DNA from: Acidimicrobiia bacterium
Lineage (GTDB): Bacteria; Actinomycetota; Acidimicrobiia; IMCC26256; JAENVU01
Direction of reading: 5' to 3'
Assembly: GCA_046598395.1 (NCBI GenBank)
Contig: JBKJIQ010000008.1
Location: forward strand, 33,275-97,274
Length of the DNA: 64,000 nt
Position numbers and translations under genes: made by a program. Shown piece after piece: positions 26,121-34,814 of the stretch. Within the stretch, counting starts at the first letter, position 1, and every line of letters starts with the position of its first letter. Below the pieces are notes generated by a model that worked only from the letters and a program-made list of their open reading frames with translations, made no database searches and was not told the origin of the DNA.

Positions 26121-27514
26121 TGTCGATGCATCCGGCCGAGGACCGGTATCGCAGCCGCAGCCTCTGGCTCGACTCAGTACCGGACTCGTTGGCGCCGCGC
26201 CCGGCTCTGGCGGATTCGATCACGGCTGATGTGGTGATCGTCGGTGCCGGTTTCACCGGCCTGTGGACGGCGTATGAACTCTTGGGTCGCGACCCGAGCC
26301 TGAAGGTTGTGATCATCGAGGCGGAGATCGCGGGCTTCGGCGCGTCGGGTCGCAACGGTGGATGGTGTTCCGCGTTGTTCGCCGGAAGCCGTGCCGCAAC
26401 GGCAAGCCGCCACGGGCTTGATGCGGTGATCGCGCTCCAACGCGCGATGAACGACACGGTCGACGAGGTGGGCCGAGTGATCGAAGCCGAAGGCATCGAT
26501 GCCCATTTCGTCAAGGGTGGGAACCTCGAACTCGCCAGTTTGGCAACGCACGCCGACCGGCTGCGGGCGCAGGTTGCATCGGAACGGCGTTGGGGATTCG
26601 GCGAGGACGACGTGCGGTGGCTCGAACCCGATGAGGCCTCGGCGCGCATCGCGGCCCACTCGGTCTTCGGAGGAGTCTTCACTCCCCACTGCGCCCGGCT
26701 GCATCCGGCACGCCTCGTGCGCGGACTTGCCCACGCGGTGGAACGGCGCGGCGGTGTGATCTATGAGCGCAGCCGCGTCACCGAGCTGGCGCCGCACCGA
26801 GTCGGAACGATCACCGGCACGGTGCGGGCCGAGTCGGTGATCCTCGCGACCGAGGGCTACACCCCGGGCGTCCCGGGCCATCGGCGCGATCTGGTACCTG
26901 TGTATTCGTTGATGATCGCTACCGAGCCGCTCCCCGACCGCGTATGGGACACGATCGGATGGGAGGGCAGGGAGACACTGAATGACGGTCGACATCTGAT
27001 CATCTACGGACAACGCACCGACGACGACCGTATTGCCTTCGGCGGTCGGGGTGCGCCGTATCACTTCGGGAGTCGAGTCCGAGATGACTTCGACCGCAAC
27101 CGAGCCGTCTTCGCCGAACTTCGCCGCGTCCTCCACGGCCTGTTCCCCAGTGTGGCGAGCGCGCGGATCACCCACGAGTGGGGCGGGCCACTGGGAGTCC
27201 CACGGGACTGGTACTCCTCCGTTGGATACGACCGCGCCTCAGGATTCGGCTGGGCGGGTGGTTACGTGGGTGATGGAGTCAGCACTACCAACCTGGCGGG
27301 CCGAACGCTGGCCGATCTTGTCCTCGGATTGGAGACCGAGATCACCACACTCCCCTGGGTCAACCATCGCTCACCGGATTGGGAGCGTGAGCCCCTGCGA
27401 TGGTTGGGCATCAACGCCGGGTTGGCGCTCCCCGCGGGTGCCGATCGGGTGGAGGCCAAGACCGGCCGGCGTTCCCGCTGGCGAGAGAAGGCACTCGCAA
27501 AGCTTGTCGGCTGA
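26117..27514 (+). CDS. FAD-dependent oxidoreductase (DAO family)
   Basis: 'DVVIVGAGFTGLWTA' dinucleotide-binding motif. TTG 26117 or ATG 26120 start, overlapping the hydrolase stop. Confidence 0.8.
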   Translation: MMSMHPAEDRYRSRSLWLDSVPDSLAPRPALADSITADVVIVGAGFTGLWTAYELLGRDPSLKVVIIEAEIAGFGASGRNGGWCSALFAGSRAATASRHGLDAVIALQRAMNDTVDEVGRVIEAEGIDAHFVKGGNLELASLATHADRLRAQVASERRWGFGEDDVRWLEPDEASARIAAHSVFGGVFTPHCARLHPARLVRGLAHAVERRGGVIYERSRVTELAPHRVGTITGTVRAESVILATEGYTPGVPGHRRDLVPVYSLMIATEPLPDRVWDTIGWEGRETLNDGRHLIIYGQRTDDDRIAFGGRGAPYHFGSRVRDDFDRNRAVFAELRRVLHGLFPSVASARITHEWGGPLGVPRDWYSSVGYDRASGFGWAGGYVGDGVSTTNLAGRTLADLVLGLETEITTLPWVNHRSPDWEREPLRWLGINAGLALPAGADRVEAKTGRRSRWREKALAKLVG

Positions 27515-27524
27515 TCGCCGTCCG

Positions 27525-28832
27525 CTATTCCACGATGACGGGGCGACCCGACGCGAAATCGAGTTTCGCGATGTGCAGCAGACGTGATTCGGGATACTTG
27601 ACCTTCGGTTCTTGATACGCGTGGAACGCGACCCTGCGTTGGCCGCTGGCATCCACGAACACCGACGCTCCACCGGGTCCGGCGAGCGCGTCATGGGAGC
27701 CCAAGAGCGCCACGCTGCTCCCCTTGGCGCACGGGCCGAGTGGGCCGTCGCAATGGGTAACACCGGTCGCGTAGCGGCGTCCGTTCCAATCGTTGCCGGA
27801 ATAGAACAGCCACGCGCCTGCGCCGTCGACCACCATCGAAGGGGCCTCGACCACTCCATCCTCCCACCGGTGATTCACGCCGAGGAGATGGTGCGCGTCT
27901 CCCGTCAAGGAGAGGCCGTCCGGCGTGAGCGGTCGGGCGATGATCGCGGCGGGGCGTTCGTGCTTCCAGAGCAGAACCGGGAGGCCGAACGCACCGATCA
28001 CCGCCTCGGGGTCGATGGCCCCGGACTCGCCACACTCCATGGGTCCCGTGGTCGTGTCCACGTAGGGCCCGGTCGCCACGGCGGACACCGCGCGGGAAAT
28101 GCACTGTCTGCCGGTGAATGCCTCCAGCGCGGTGTAGTACATGACGAACCCGCCTGGACGTGCGAGCACCGACGGTGCCCAGGTGCGGCCCTTGGCGGCC
28201 CACGGTGGCAACGGTCCGAGCGCATCGCCGGCAGTAGCCCACGATCCGTCGCCCTGCTGTTTGATGACTTGGATGTTTCCCGCGCTCGCGTTCGTGCCGA
28301 AGGCGAGCAAGTTCCCGCGGTCATTGAGCACGAACGGGTCGGGAAAGTCGAACGCGTAGACCGGGGCCGAACCGCCCTGGGCTGTGTTGGCACGGCGACA
28401 CGCGTCATCGACGCTCTTCAACGCGGCGGTGGTGGCGGCGTTGTCATTGTTCTGCAGCGCGTCGAGCGCAGTCTTGGCACCGTCGAGACACTGTCGTACG
28501 ACCGCGACGGTCGCGTTGAGCGTGGCGCGGGCGTTGCGCGCCTGGTCCCGGTCGGTTTGGGTGGCCACGAGTTGGGCGCCGCGATCGTCGACCGACACCT
28601 TCGCTCCATCGCGCTCGGCTCGGGCGCGATTCGCTCCGATCCGATCTTGGCGGACGCGTTCGCGAGCGGATCGCAGTGCGTCGCGTTCGCTGGTGAGATT
28701 GGCACGAGCGACGCCCAGGGCCCGAACCGCGCGGGTGCGACTGTCCCACGCTCCGTTGAGGTGCCACGCGGTGGTGCCCAGAACGATCGCAATGCCGATG
28801 GCAATCACGGGGACGAGCCGCTGGCGGATCAT
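27525..28832 (-). CDS. membrane-anchored protein with a coiled-coil stalk and a C-terminal GH43-like five-bladed propeller domain
   Basis: N-terminal TM 'LVPVIAIGIAIVLGTTAW'. About 130 aa of Arg/Ala-rich helix. Then 'FDFPDPFVL', 'TWAPSVL...FVMYYTA' and 'VVEAPSMV...WLFYSGN', which match GH43 catalytic-region patterns. Confidence 0.65.
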   Translation of the reverse strand: MIRQRLVPVIAIGIAIVLGTTAWHLNGAWDSRTRAVRALGVARANLTSERDALRSARERVRQDRIGANRARAERDGAKVSVDDRGAQLVATQTDRDQARNARATLNATVAVVRQCLDGAKTALDALQNNDNAATTAALKSVDDACRRANTAQGGSAPVYAFDFPDPFVLNDRGNLLAFGTNASAGNIQVIKQQGDGSWATAGDALGPLPPWAAKGRTWAPSVLARPGGFVMYYTALEAFTGRQCISRAVSAVATGPYVDTTTGPMECGESGAIDPEAVIGAFGLPVLLWKHERPAAIIARPLTPDGLSLTGDAHHLLGVNHRWEDGVVEAPSMVVDGAGAWLFYSGNDWNGRRYATGVTHCDGPLGPCAKGSSVALLGSHDALAGPGGASVFVDASGQRRVAFHAYQEPKVKYPESRLLHIAKLDFASGRPVIVE

Positions 28833-29281
28833 TGCGTGACCGCCTGACAGACCTGGCGGACCCCACCCAGCGTGGAAGTTGCGTGCGGGTCGGCCACACT
28901 CACTTCATTGAGCGCCCGCGTGATGCCCGCCAGACACTCACGCAGCTGGGAGACGTGGCCACCCGCGATCCATGCGTTGAGCGCGTCGTCGTCGCGCTCG
29001 TGCTGCACCGCCACGATTTGGTCCGAGATGGAGTTCGCGATTCCCACGAGTTCCCGTGCGGATCGCTGGGTCTCGGCGGTGTCCGCTTCGAGTGAGCCCG
29101 CCGCGACGGTGGTCTGTTGGAGGGTGCGGCGCGTCGTTGCGAGCGTCGCGAGTGTCTGCGTGCGGGTTGCCCGGGCGGCGTCTCGTTCATCGAGCAACTG
29201 CGACCGGCGCCAGAGTCCGAGGCCCACGAGCGTGAGCACGAGAACGCCTGCGACGAGCAGCCACAGTCTGCCCCGGGTCAT
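28829..29281 (-). CDS. membrane-anchored coiled-coil protein (paralogous to the N-terminal stalk of the downstream gene)
   Basis: ORF 28829..29320; start probably ATG 29281 (MTRGRLWLLVAGVLVL). TM plus a helical region with two Cys ('LRECLAG...VRQVCQAV'). 4-nt overlap with the downstream gene. Confidence 0.6.
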   Translation of the reverse strand: MTRGRLWLLVAGVLVLTLVGLGLWRRSQLLDERDAARATRTQTLATLATTRRTLQQTTVAAGSLEADTAETQRSARELVGIANSISDQIVAVQHERDDDALNAWIAGGHVSQLRECLAGITRALNEVSVADPHATSTLGGVRQVCQAVTQ

Positions 29282-29374
29282 CCCCCAGTCTGGCCTGCCG
29301 GGGAGAGCGATTCCTGGCACGGAATCGACGCGGCGGGTTCAGTCTTGGGTTCCGAGCTGCCGATACTCAGCGCA

Positions 29375-30412
29375 GTGGTCACGACCAAGCTCAATCCGTA
29401 TGGAGTGGCGTCCGTCGGCGCCGACGATGCGGCTCCGATCTGGACTGACCGGACCTTCCGGGTCATGGGAACCGACGCGCGCGTCATGGTCCTCGGTGGA
29501 TCCGGTGATCTCGCGGAACGCGCGGAAACCGCGCTCCATGGCTTGGAGGCGCGGTGGTCCCGGTTCCGCGAGGACTCGGAACTCACGGTGCTGAATCGAA
29601 CCGACCGGGGACTGCCCGTGCGGGTCTCGGAGCCCACCTTTTCGTTGATCGCTCGCGCCGTGGACGCGTGGCAGCGCACCGGCGGACGATTTGATCCCAC
29701 GGGTCTCGATGCGATGGTGGCGTTGGGCTACGACCGAGATTTCGCGTCGGTGCGCGACGACGAACCATCGACGGCGGCCCGGCCGGTCACACACGATGGG
29801 GCGGAGACCACGCGGTCCGCACTTCCCGGTTGTTCCGCCATCATCTTGGATGCAATGGTGCACGCAGTGACGCTCCCTGTCGGCGTGTCGCTTGACCTTG
29901 GTGGGATTGGCAAGGGCTATGCCGCAGATCTCACTGCCGCCGAACTCATGGCGGCGGGAGCCGAAGCGGTGTGTGTCGACCTTGGCGGCGATGTACGAGT
30001 AATGGGGCAGGGGCCGTACCACGATGCTTGGGAAGTCGGGTTCGACGATCCCGTGCTGGCCGCCGAGTTCGGTCGAGTGCGATTCGCATCCGGTGCGGTG
30101 GCTACGAGCACTCGGTTGCGTCGTCAGTGGCAACGAGTTGATCTGAGGCGTGGAGCAGAATCAGTGCATCACCTATTGGACCCCAGCACCGGTGTTTCCG
30201 CGGCGACCGGTCTCGCAACGGTGACCGTCGTGGCCGGGGTTGCGTGGAGGGCCGAGGTGCTGGCCAAGGCAGCGTTCGTCGCCGGTCCAACGGCGGGAGC
30301 CTCGCTGCTGCGTTCGATGGGCGTGGAGGGCGTCCTCGTGGCCGATGACGGGACCGTGTACCCGACCTCGGGGTTCCCCGCTATGTGCGGAACAGATACT
30401 CACTCGTCGTGA
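29375..30412 (+). CDS. FAD:protein FMN transferase (ApbE family)
   Basis: Inner part of ORF 29117..30412. 'VMGTDARV', 'SLDLGGIGKGYAAD', 'VDLGGDV'. Start at GTG 29375 is tentative. No signal peptide or lipobox seen. Confidence 0.75.
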   Translation: MVTTKLNPYGVASVGADDAAPIWTDRTFRVMGTDARVMVLGGSGDLAERAETALHGLEARWSRFREDSELTVLNRTDRGLPVRVSEPTFSLIARAVDAWQRTGGRFDPTGLDAMVALGYDRDFASVRDDEPSTAARPVTHDGAETTRSALPGCSAIILDAMVHAVTLPVGVSLDLGGIGKGYAADLTAAELMAAGAEAVCVDLGGDVRVMGQGPYHDAWEVGFDDPVLAAEFGRVRFASGAVATSTRLRRQWQRVDLRRGAESVHHLLDPSTGVSAATGLATVTVVAGVAWRAEVLAKAAFVAGPTAGASLLRSMGVEGVLVADDGTVYPTSGFPAMCGTDTHSS

Positions 30413-31103
30413 AGCTCCGCAGCGTGTCGAGTTCGAGGAATCCCATCACGCTTTCGAGCATCGCGCTCAGGTTGCGTCTCATGAGTTCGGCGTCGTCGCC
30501 GGCGCAGTAGAAGAGCATCGGGTCGGTGATGTGCTCGGGACTGGGCCAGGCCTCTTCCACGATGCCTTCGATCGGTGGCGCGTCCGGAGTGATCGCCCGC
30601 ACCACCGCATTGCGCACGTAGCGCATACGCGGTTGCATGGCTTCTGAGACCGGGGACTGCACGGTGTGCCAGTGCGTGGTCCACTCGTCGACACTCATGT
30701 GGGCGGGTCGCCGCAACAGCGTGGTCATCACCACCCCCGGCGAACGCTCGCCATCGGGCCAGTCCCGAGCGCGACCGTGTTGGTTGCCGCCGTAATCGGT
30801 GTACATCGACTCGGTGACGAGGTAGCCGGCGATGTGGTCGCTGTGCTCTCGCAGCACCGCCTCGAACGGCGCCCGGTCGTCGTAGCGGTCGAGCCATATC
30901 GACACGAGCGCGAACGGTTGAAGTTCGTCTGCAGGCGGCGGCATGGGCACCGGCACCTGAGCGTCGGCGTCGTCGACCTGTACCGACAATCCGCGCGGCG
31001 CCAACGCGAGGAGCGCGGGCGCGATCTCCTCGCGCACGATGTGGCCATGGTCGGTCGGGCTGAGTCCGGCACGAGGCCAGCACAGATATTGCAGCTTCTC
31101 CAT
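30381..31103 (-). CDS. hypothetical protein, possibly a tandem EthD-like (dimeric alpha/beta barrel) fold
   Basis: ORF 30381..31142; start probably ATG 31103 (MEKLQYLCW). The two halves each look like an EthD-type domain ('MSVDEWTTHWHTVQSP'). Weak call. Confidence 0.4.
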   Translation of the reverse strand: MEKLQYLCWPRAGLSPTDHGHIVREEIAPALLALAPRGLSVQVDDADAQVPVPMPPPADELQPFALVSIWLDRYDDRAPFEAVLREHSDHIAGYLVTESMYTDYGGNQHGRARDWPDGERSPGVVMTTLLRRPAHMSVDEWTTHWHTVQSPVSEAMQPRMRYVRNAVVRAITPDAPPIEGIVEEAWPSPEHITDPMLFYCAGDDAELMRRNLSAMLESVMGFLELDTLRSFTTSEYLFRT

Positions 31104-31108
31104 GTCGA

Positions 31109-31815
31109 TTACGCGTCTTCGGCCGGCACGAGTGCTCGCCACACCAGCGCGCCGATCACGCCACCGATGATCGGGAACACGATGAAGAGCCAGAGCTGCT
31201 TCAGTGCCCAGCCCCCTTGGAAAACTGCGGTGGCGATACTGCGGGCCGGGTTCACCGACGTGTTGTCCACGGGGATCGTGACCAGGTGAATGATCGTGAG
31301 CATGAGTCCGACCGCAACGCCGGTGAATCCCGCCGGCATCGACTTCCGGCTCGCGATCACGAAGATGAAGAGCGCGGTAAAGACGAGCTCCACGATGATC
31401 GCGGCGCCCATGCCGAAATGACCGGGCGAGTGGGCGCCGTAGCCATTGGATGCAAACCCGGTCGCTTTGGCACTGAAGCCGGTGATGCTGTTGGCGATCA
31501 CGTAGATCACGCCTGCGCCAACCAGGCCGCCCACGATCTGGCCGCCGAGATAAAACGGCACGTCCTTGGTCTCGGTCTTTTTGATGGCCCAGAGACCGAG
31601 CGTGACTGCCGGGTTGATATGACAGCCCGAGATCGAGCCGATGGCGTAGGCGGCGCAGAGCAGTGCGAGGCCGAACGCGAGCGCGACGCCGAGGACGCCG
31701 ACCGATCCGGCATCGAAAAATCCGCCGGTCGCAAGGACGGCGGTTCCGGGACCACCGACCAAAGGATCATGGTCCCGATACCTTCGGCGAGCGCAATGCG
31801 TGCAGGTTGTTTCAT
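31109..31815 (-). pseudogene. aqpZ: aquaporin Z (MIP family) interrupted by a 1-nt frameshift near codon 19
   Basis: Both NPA boxes ('HINPAVT', 'VNPARS') lie in ORF 31109..32002. The genuine N-terminus 'MKQPARIALAEGIGTMIL' (ATG 31815) is in another frame (ORF 31507..31815). The frames meet at the A3 run 31761-31763. Confidence 0.7.
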
Positions 31816-31898
31816 GCGGGTTCCGACTCCTGGTTCCGGCTCCGCCCGCGTTCACGAGTGTAGATACCCGTCCGGGCGTCACCGAGGATTTCCTGGCG

Positions 31899-32738
31899 CT
31901 ACTCGGCGACGGCGTGGTCTCCCAGATGTTCGCGGATCCACTGGCGGAGCGGCACGTCGTCTGGAGTGGGGTCGAAATGGCCGTTGGCGCCGGTGGCCGC
32001 ACCCAGGAGCTGGCGCCGGATCGGCCCCGACTCTGCCAGCAGATCCGGAAAGTTCATGGCCGACTTCGGTCGCAGCCAGCGGTAGCTGTATCCGACGAAG
32101 AGTACGACGCGGGTGATGTCGGAGTGGTTGGAACTCGCCGAGTGCCACAGGCGTCGGTCGAACAACATCGCATCACCCGCGTGCGCAGTGACCTCGACAG
32201 CACGGGTCGCGTCCGGCGCCGCATCCCGATGGCTTCCGGGAATGACACAGAAATTCCCCATGCCGTCGGACCCGAGTTCGGTGAGGAAGTACGCGAGCTT
32301 CACGGACACGCGCGGATGGGGCATCGGCGTCTCGAAATCGAGATTCATACGGTTGTTGTCTTGATGCCAGGCGTATCCACCTCGGGGGGCATCGGGGTGG
32401 CCCGGCGGGTTGACGACCAGTTGCGTGTGGAACAGCTGGATGTTCCAGCCGAGGACGCCGAACACTTTGGGGAAGGTGGTCGGCCAGTCGATGAGGTCGA
32501 GGTACGCGCGATCGCGTCCGATCAGGTCATGCAGATTGAGGAAGGCGTACGGGTGCACCTTCGGCCCGGTATGAAAGGCTTCCGCCTCGCCGTGGGCTAG
32601 TGCGAGGAACCGACCGACCGTCGGTGCGTCGAGTGCATCCGGGAGCGCGATGAATCCGTCGCGGTTGAAACGGTCTCGTTCGTCGTCGGTGAGCATGTGA
32701 TCGACGCTCGTCGCGGGCAGGGTGGGTTCGGTCGTCAT
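31899..32738 (-). CDS. phytanoyl-CoA dioxygenase (PhyH) family Fe(II)/2-oxoglutarate oxygenase
   Basis: 'YAWHQDN' (HxD), 'GNFCVIPGSH' and 'WHSASSN' distal His. 4-nt overlap with the upstream gene. Confidence 0.8.
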   Translation of the reverse strand: MTTEPTLPATSVDHMLTDDERDRFNRDGFIALPDALDAPTVGRFLALAHGEAEAFHTGPKVHPYAFLNLHDLIGRDRAYLDLIDWPTTFPKVFGVLGWNIQLFHTQLVVNPPGHPDAPRGGYAWHQDNNRMNLDFETPMPHPRVSVKLAYFLTELGSDGMGNFCVIPGSHRDAAPDATRAVEVTAHAGDAMLFDRRLWHSASSNHSDITRVVLFVGYSYRWLRPKSAMNFPDLLAESGPIRRQLLGAATGANGHFDPTPDDVPLRQWIREHLGDHAVAE

Positions 32739-34753
32739 GTCGCGAGCCGACGGGCGAGATCCTCGGCGTCGCGGGTGATGCCGGCGAAGCCGCGAGCTTC
32801 CACGGCATCGCCGACGACGTAGGTCGTGATGCCGGCTGCGGTGAGGTCGCTGGCGAGTCCGGGTGCGCCGCCGACTCTCGCGCTCGTGATCACCGCGGCC
32901 GCGGGGATCGATCGGGGCTCGCCATCCGTGACAACCTCGACGGAATCACGAGTGATCGAGATGACTTCCGTATCGCCGAGCAGCGTGATTCCGGCGGCTT
33001 CGGTGTCGGCCACCATGCGAAACCGGCCGGGGAGCCCGAGCTCGGTCGCGAACACTCGGGTCGGTTCGACGACCGTCACGTCCGCACCGCGCGACCGGAA
33101 CGCGTTCGCCAGCGTCAGGCCGGGTTTCCCGCCACCAATGACGACGATCGGACTGGGCGGCGCGTCCTTGGCCAACCATGTGGTGATCGCCGTCGATCCG
33201 GGACGGACGACGTGCGGGAGGTCCCGACCGGGAACGTCAGGCGCGCACCACTGCGGACCGGTCGCGATCACCACCGCGTTGAGCGCAGCGGAACCCAGGC
33301 TCGCGACGTCGGCCGTTCGGCCGAGTTCCACGCTGACGTCGGCGTCGCCGATTTCGGCGCGCAACCACGCGCAGTAGCGGTCGAGGACCGGGTCGGCGCC
33401 GCGCACGCCGCGGAGCACCCCGCCGAGCTCGGTGCCCGACTCCCAGATGGTGACGCGGTGGCCCTGACCAGCCAGCACGCGAGCGGCTTCCAGTCCGGCC
33501 GGCCCGCCGCCCACCACGATCACCGACTGCGACGTCCGGGCTGCGGGTAGCTGGGCCTCGTCCTCTCGGCCGGCCGCCGCGTTCACCACGCACGCCAATG
33601 GCTCATTGACGAAGATATTGCCGATGCAGCGGTACTGATACAGACACGGGCGCACGCGGTCGATCTCGCCCGCGGCGAGTCGGTTCGGGAGTTCGGGATC
33701 CGCAAGCAGCTTGCGGCCCATCGCGATGAAGTCGGCGTGACCGTCTGCGAGGACCCGCTCGGCTTCGTCGGGCTCCAATCGGCCGAACGTGATGACGGGG
33801 ACATCAACGCGGCGCCTGACCTCGGCGGCATAGGCCGGAAGATCGCCGACCCGATGGGGGGCGTACGAATCGGTGGGTCCCGTCGCGACGTCGAGATTGG
33901 CGTAAGCGGTCACATGAACGGCGTCGAGACCGGCCGCGACCGCGAGCTCGATCACCGCGAGCTGATCGTCAAACGTCTCGCCGTCTTCCTTGTGGTGTTC
34001 GAGTGCGTTGATCCGCATCCAGAGCGGGTAGTCGTCGCCGACCCTGGTACGGATCGCGTCGATGATCTCGATGAGCAACCGGGCACGGTTCTCGATCGGT
34101 CCACCCCACTGGTCGTCGCGCCGGTTGATGGACGGGCTGAGGAACTCGTCGATGAGATACCCGTGTCCGGCGTGCAACTCAACACCGTCGATGCCGGCGC
34201 GCCGACACCGCTCGGTGGCGGACGCGAACTGTTCGATCACTCGGGCCAGGTCGTGGTCGGTTGCTACCTGGTACTCGACCTTCGCGCTCGGCGATGCGTG
34301 CGGCGCCATAAATCCCGCGATCTCCGCATCGGTCACCATCATCGAGAGGCGGTCCGGACGCGACCGCTTCGGCACCGCGGGGACGAGCATCGGATGGCCG
34401 CGCGCGATGTCGTATCGCGCGAGCGCGCCGTTGTACGTCAGCTGCGCGGCGACACCGGCACCGTGAGCGTGCACGCGATCGGCCAGCGCACGCAGCCCGT
34501 CGAGGTAACGGTCATCCGAGGCGGCGACCTGGCGGGCATCGACGCAACCATCCGGGTACGCCACCGCGACGGATCCGACCAGGAGCAGCGCGGCGCCGCC
34601 CTCGGCGCGGGCCTCGAAGTACGCGAGTTGCGCATCGGATATCGAGCCGTCGGGGTTGGCGAGTGAGTCGCCCATCGGTGCCATCAGGATCCGATTGCGC
34701 AGTTGCAGCGACCCGATCCGGCCGGGGCTCAGGAGGTGGGGAAAGCGATCCAC
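32735..34753 (-). CDS. NADH:flavin oxidoreductase / 2,4-dienoyl-CoA reductase-like (OYE barrel + Fe-S + FAD/NAD(P) domains)
   Basis: 'LMAPMGD', 'GVELHAGHGYLIDEFLS', Cys cluster 'RVRPCLYQYRCIGN...LACVVN', and two GxGxxG motifs ('VIVVGGGPAGLEAA', 'IVVIGGGKPGLTLA'). GTG start 34753. Confidence 0.85.
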   Translation of the reverse strand: MDRFPHLLSPGRIGSLQLRNRILMAPMGDSLANPDGSISDAQLAYFEARAEGGAALLLVGSVAVAYPDGCVDARQVAASDDRYLDGLRALADRVHAHGAGVAAQLTYNGALARYDIARGHPMLVPAVPKRSRPDRLSMMVTDAEIAGFMAPHASPSAKVEYQVATDHDLARVIEQFASATERCRRAGIDGVELHAGHGYLIDEFLSPSINRRDDQWGGPIENRARLLIEIIDAIRTRVGDDYPLWMRINALEHHKEDGETFDDQLAVIELAVAAGLDAVHVTAYANLDVATGPTDSYAPHRVGDLPAYAAEVRRRVDVPVITFGRLEPDEAERVLADGHADFIAMGRKLLADPELPNRLAAGEIDRVRPCLYQYRCIGNIFVNEPLACVVNAAAGREDEAQLPAARTSQSVIVVGGGPAGLEAARVLAGQGHRVTIWESGTELGGVLRGVRGADPVLDRYCAWLRAEIGDADVSVELGRTADVASLGSAALNAVVIATGPQWCAPDVPGRDLPHVVRPGSTAITTWLAKDAPPSPIVVIGGGKPGLTLANAFRSRGADVTVVEPTRVFATELGLPGRFRMVADTEAAGITLLGDTEVISITRDSVEVVTDGEPRSIPAAAVITSARVGGAPGLASDLTAAGITTYVVGDAVEARGFAGITRDAEDLARRLAT

Positions 34754-34776
34754 CGCGGGACGTTAGGACGAATCAC

Positions 34777-34814
34777 TGGTTGACAGTGTCTACAAGATGG
34801 TTGACACTGTCTAC
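34777..34814. promoter_or_regulatory. tandem 17-bp repeats, a candidate TetR operator pair
   Basis: TGGTTGACAGTGTCTAC (34777-34793) and TGGTTGACACTGTCTAC (34798-34814) match at 16/17 positions and are spaced 21 bp start to start. Each contains the dyad GTTGACA-n-TGTCTAC. The second overlaps the ATG 34797 of the TetR ORF. Confidence 0.6.

Noticed and set aside
31755-31770. Programmed -1 ribosomal frameshift or transcriptional slippage as an explanation for the split aqpZ.
   Set aside because: CC TTT GG is not an X XXY YYZ slippery heptamer. The homopolymer is only 3 nt, and no obvious downstream stimulatory structure was noted. Mutation or sequencing error is more parsimonious.
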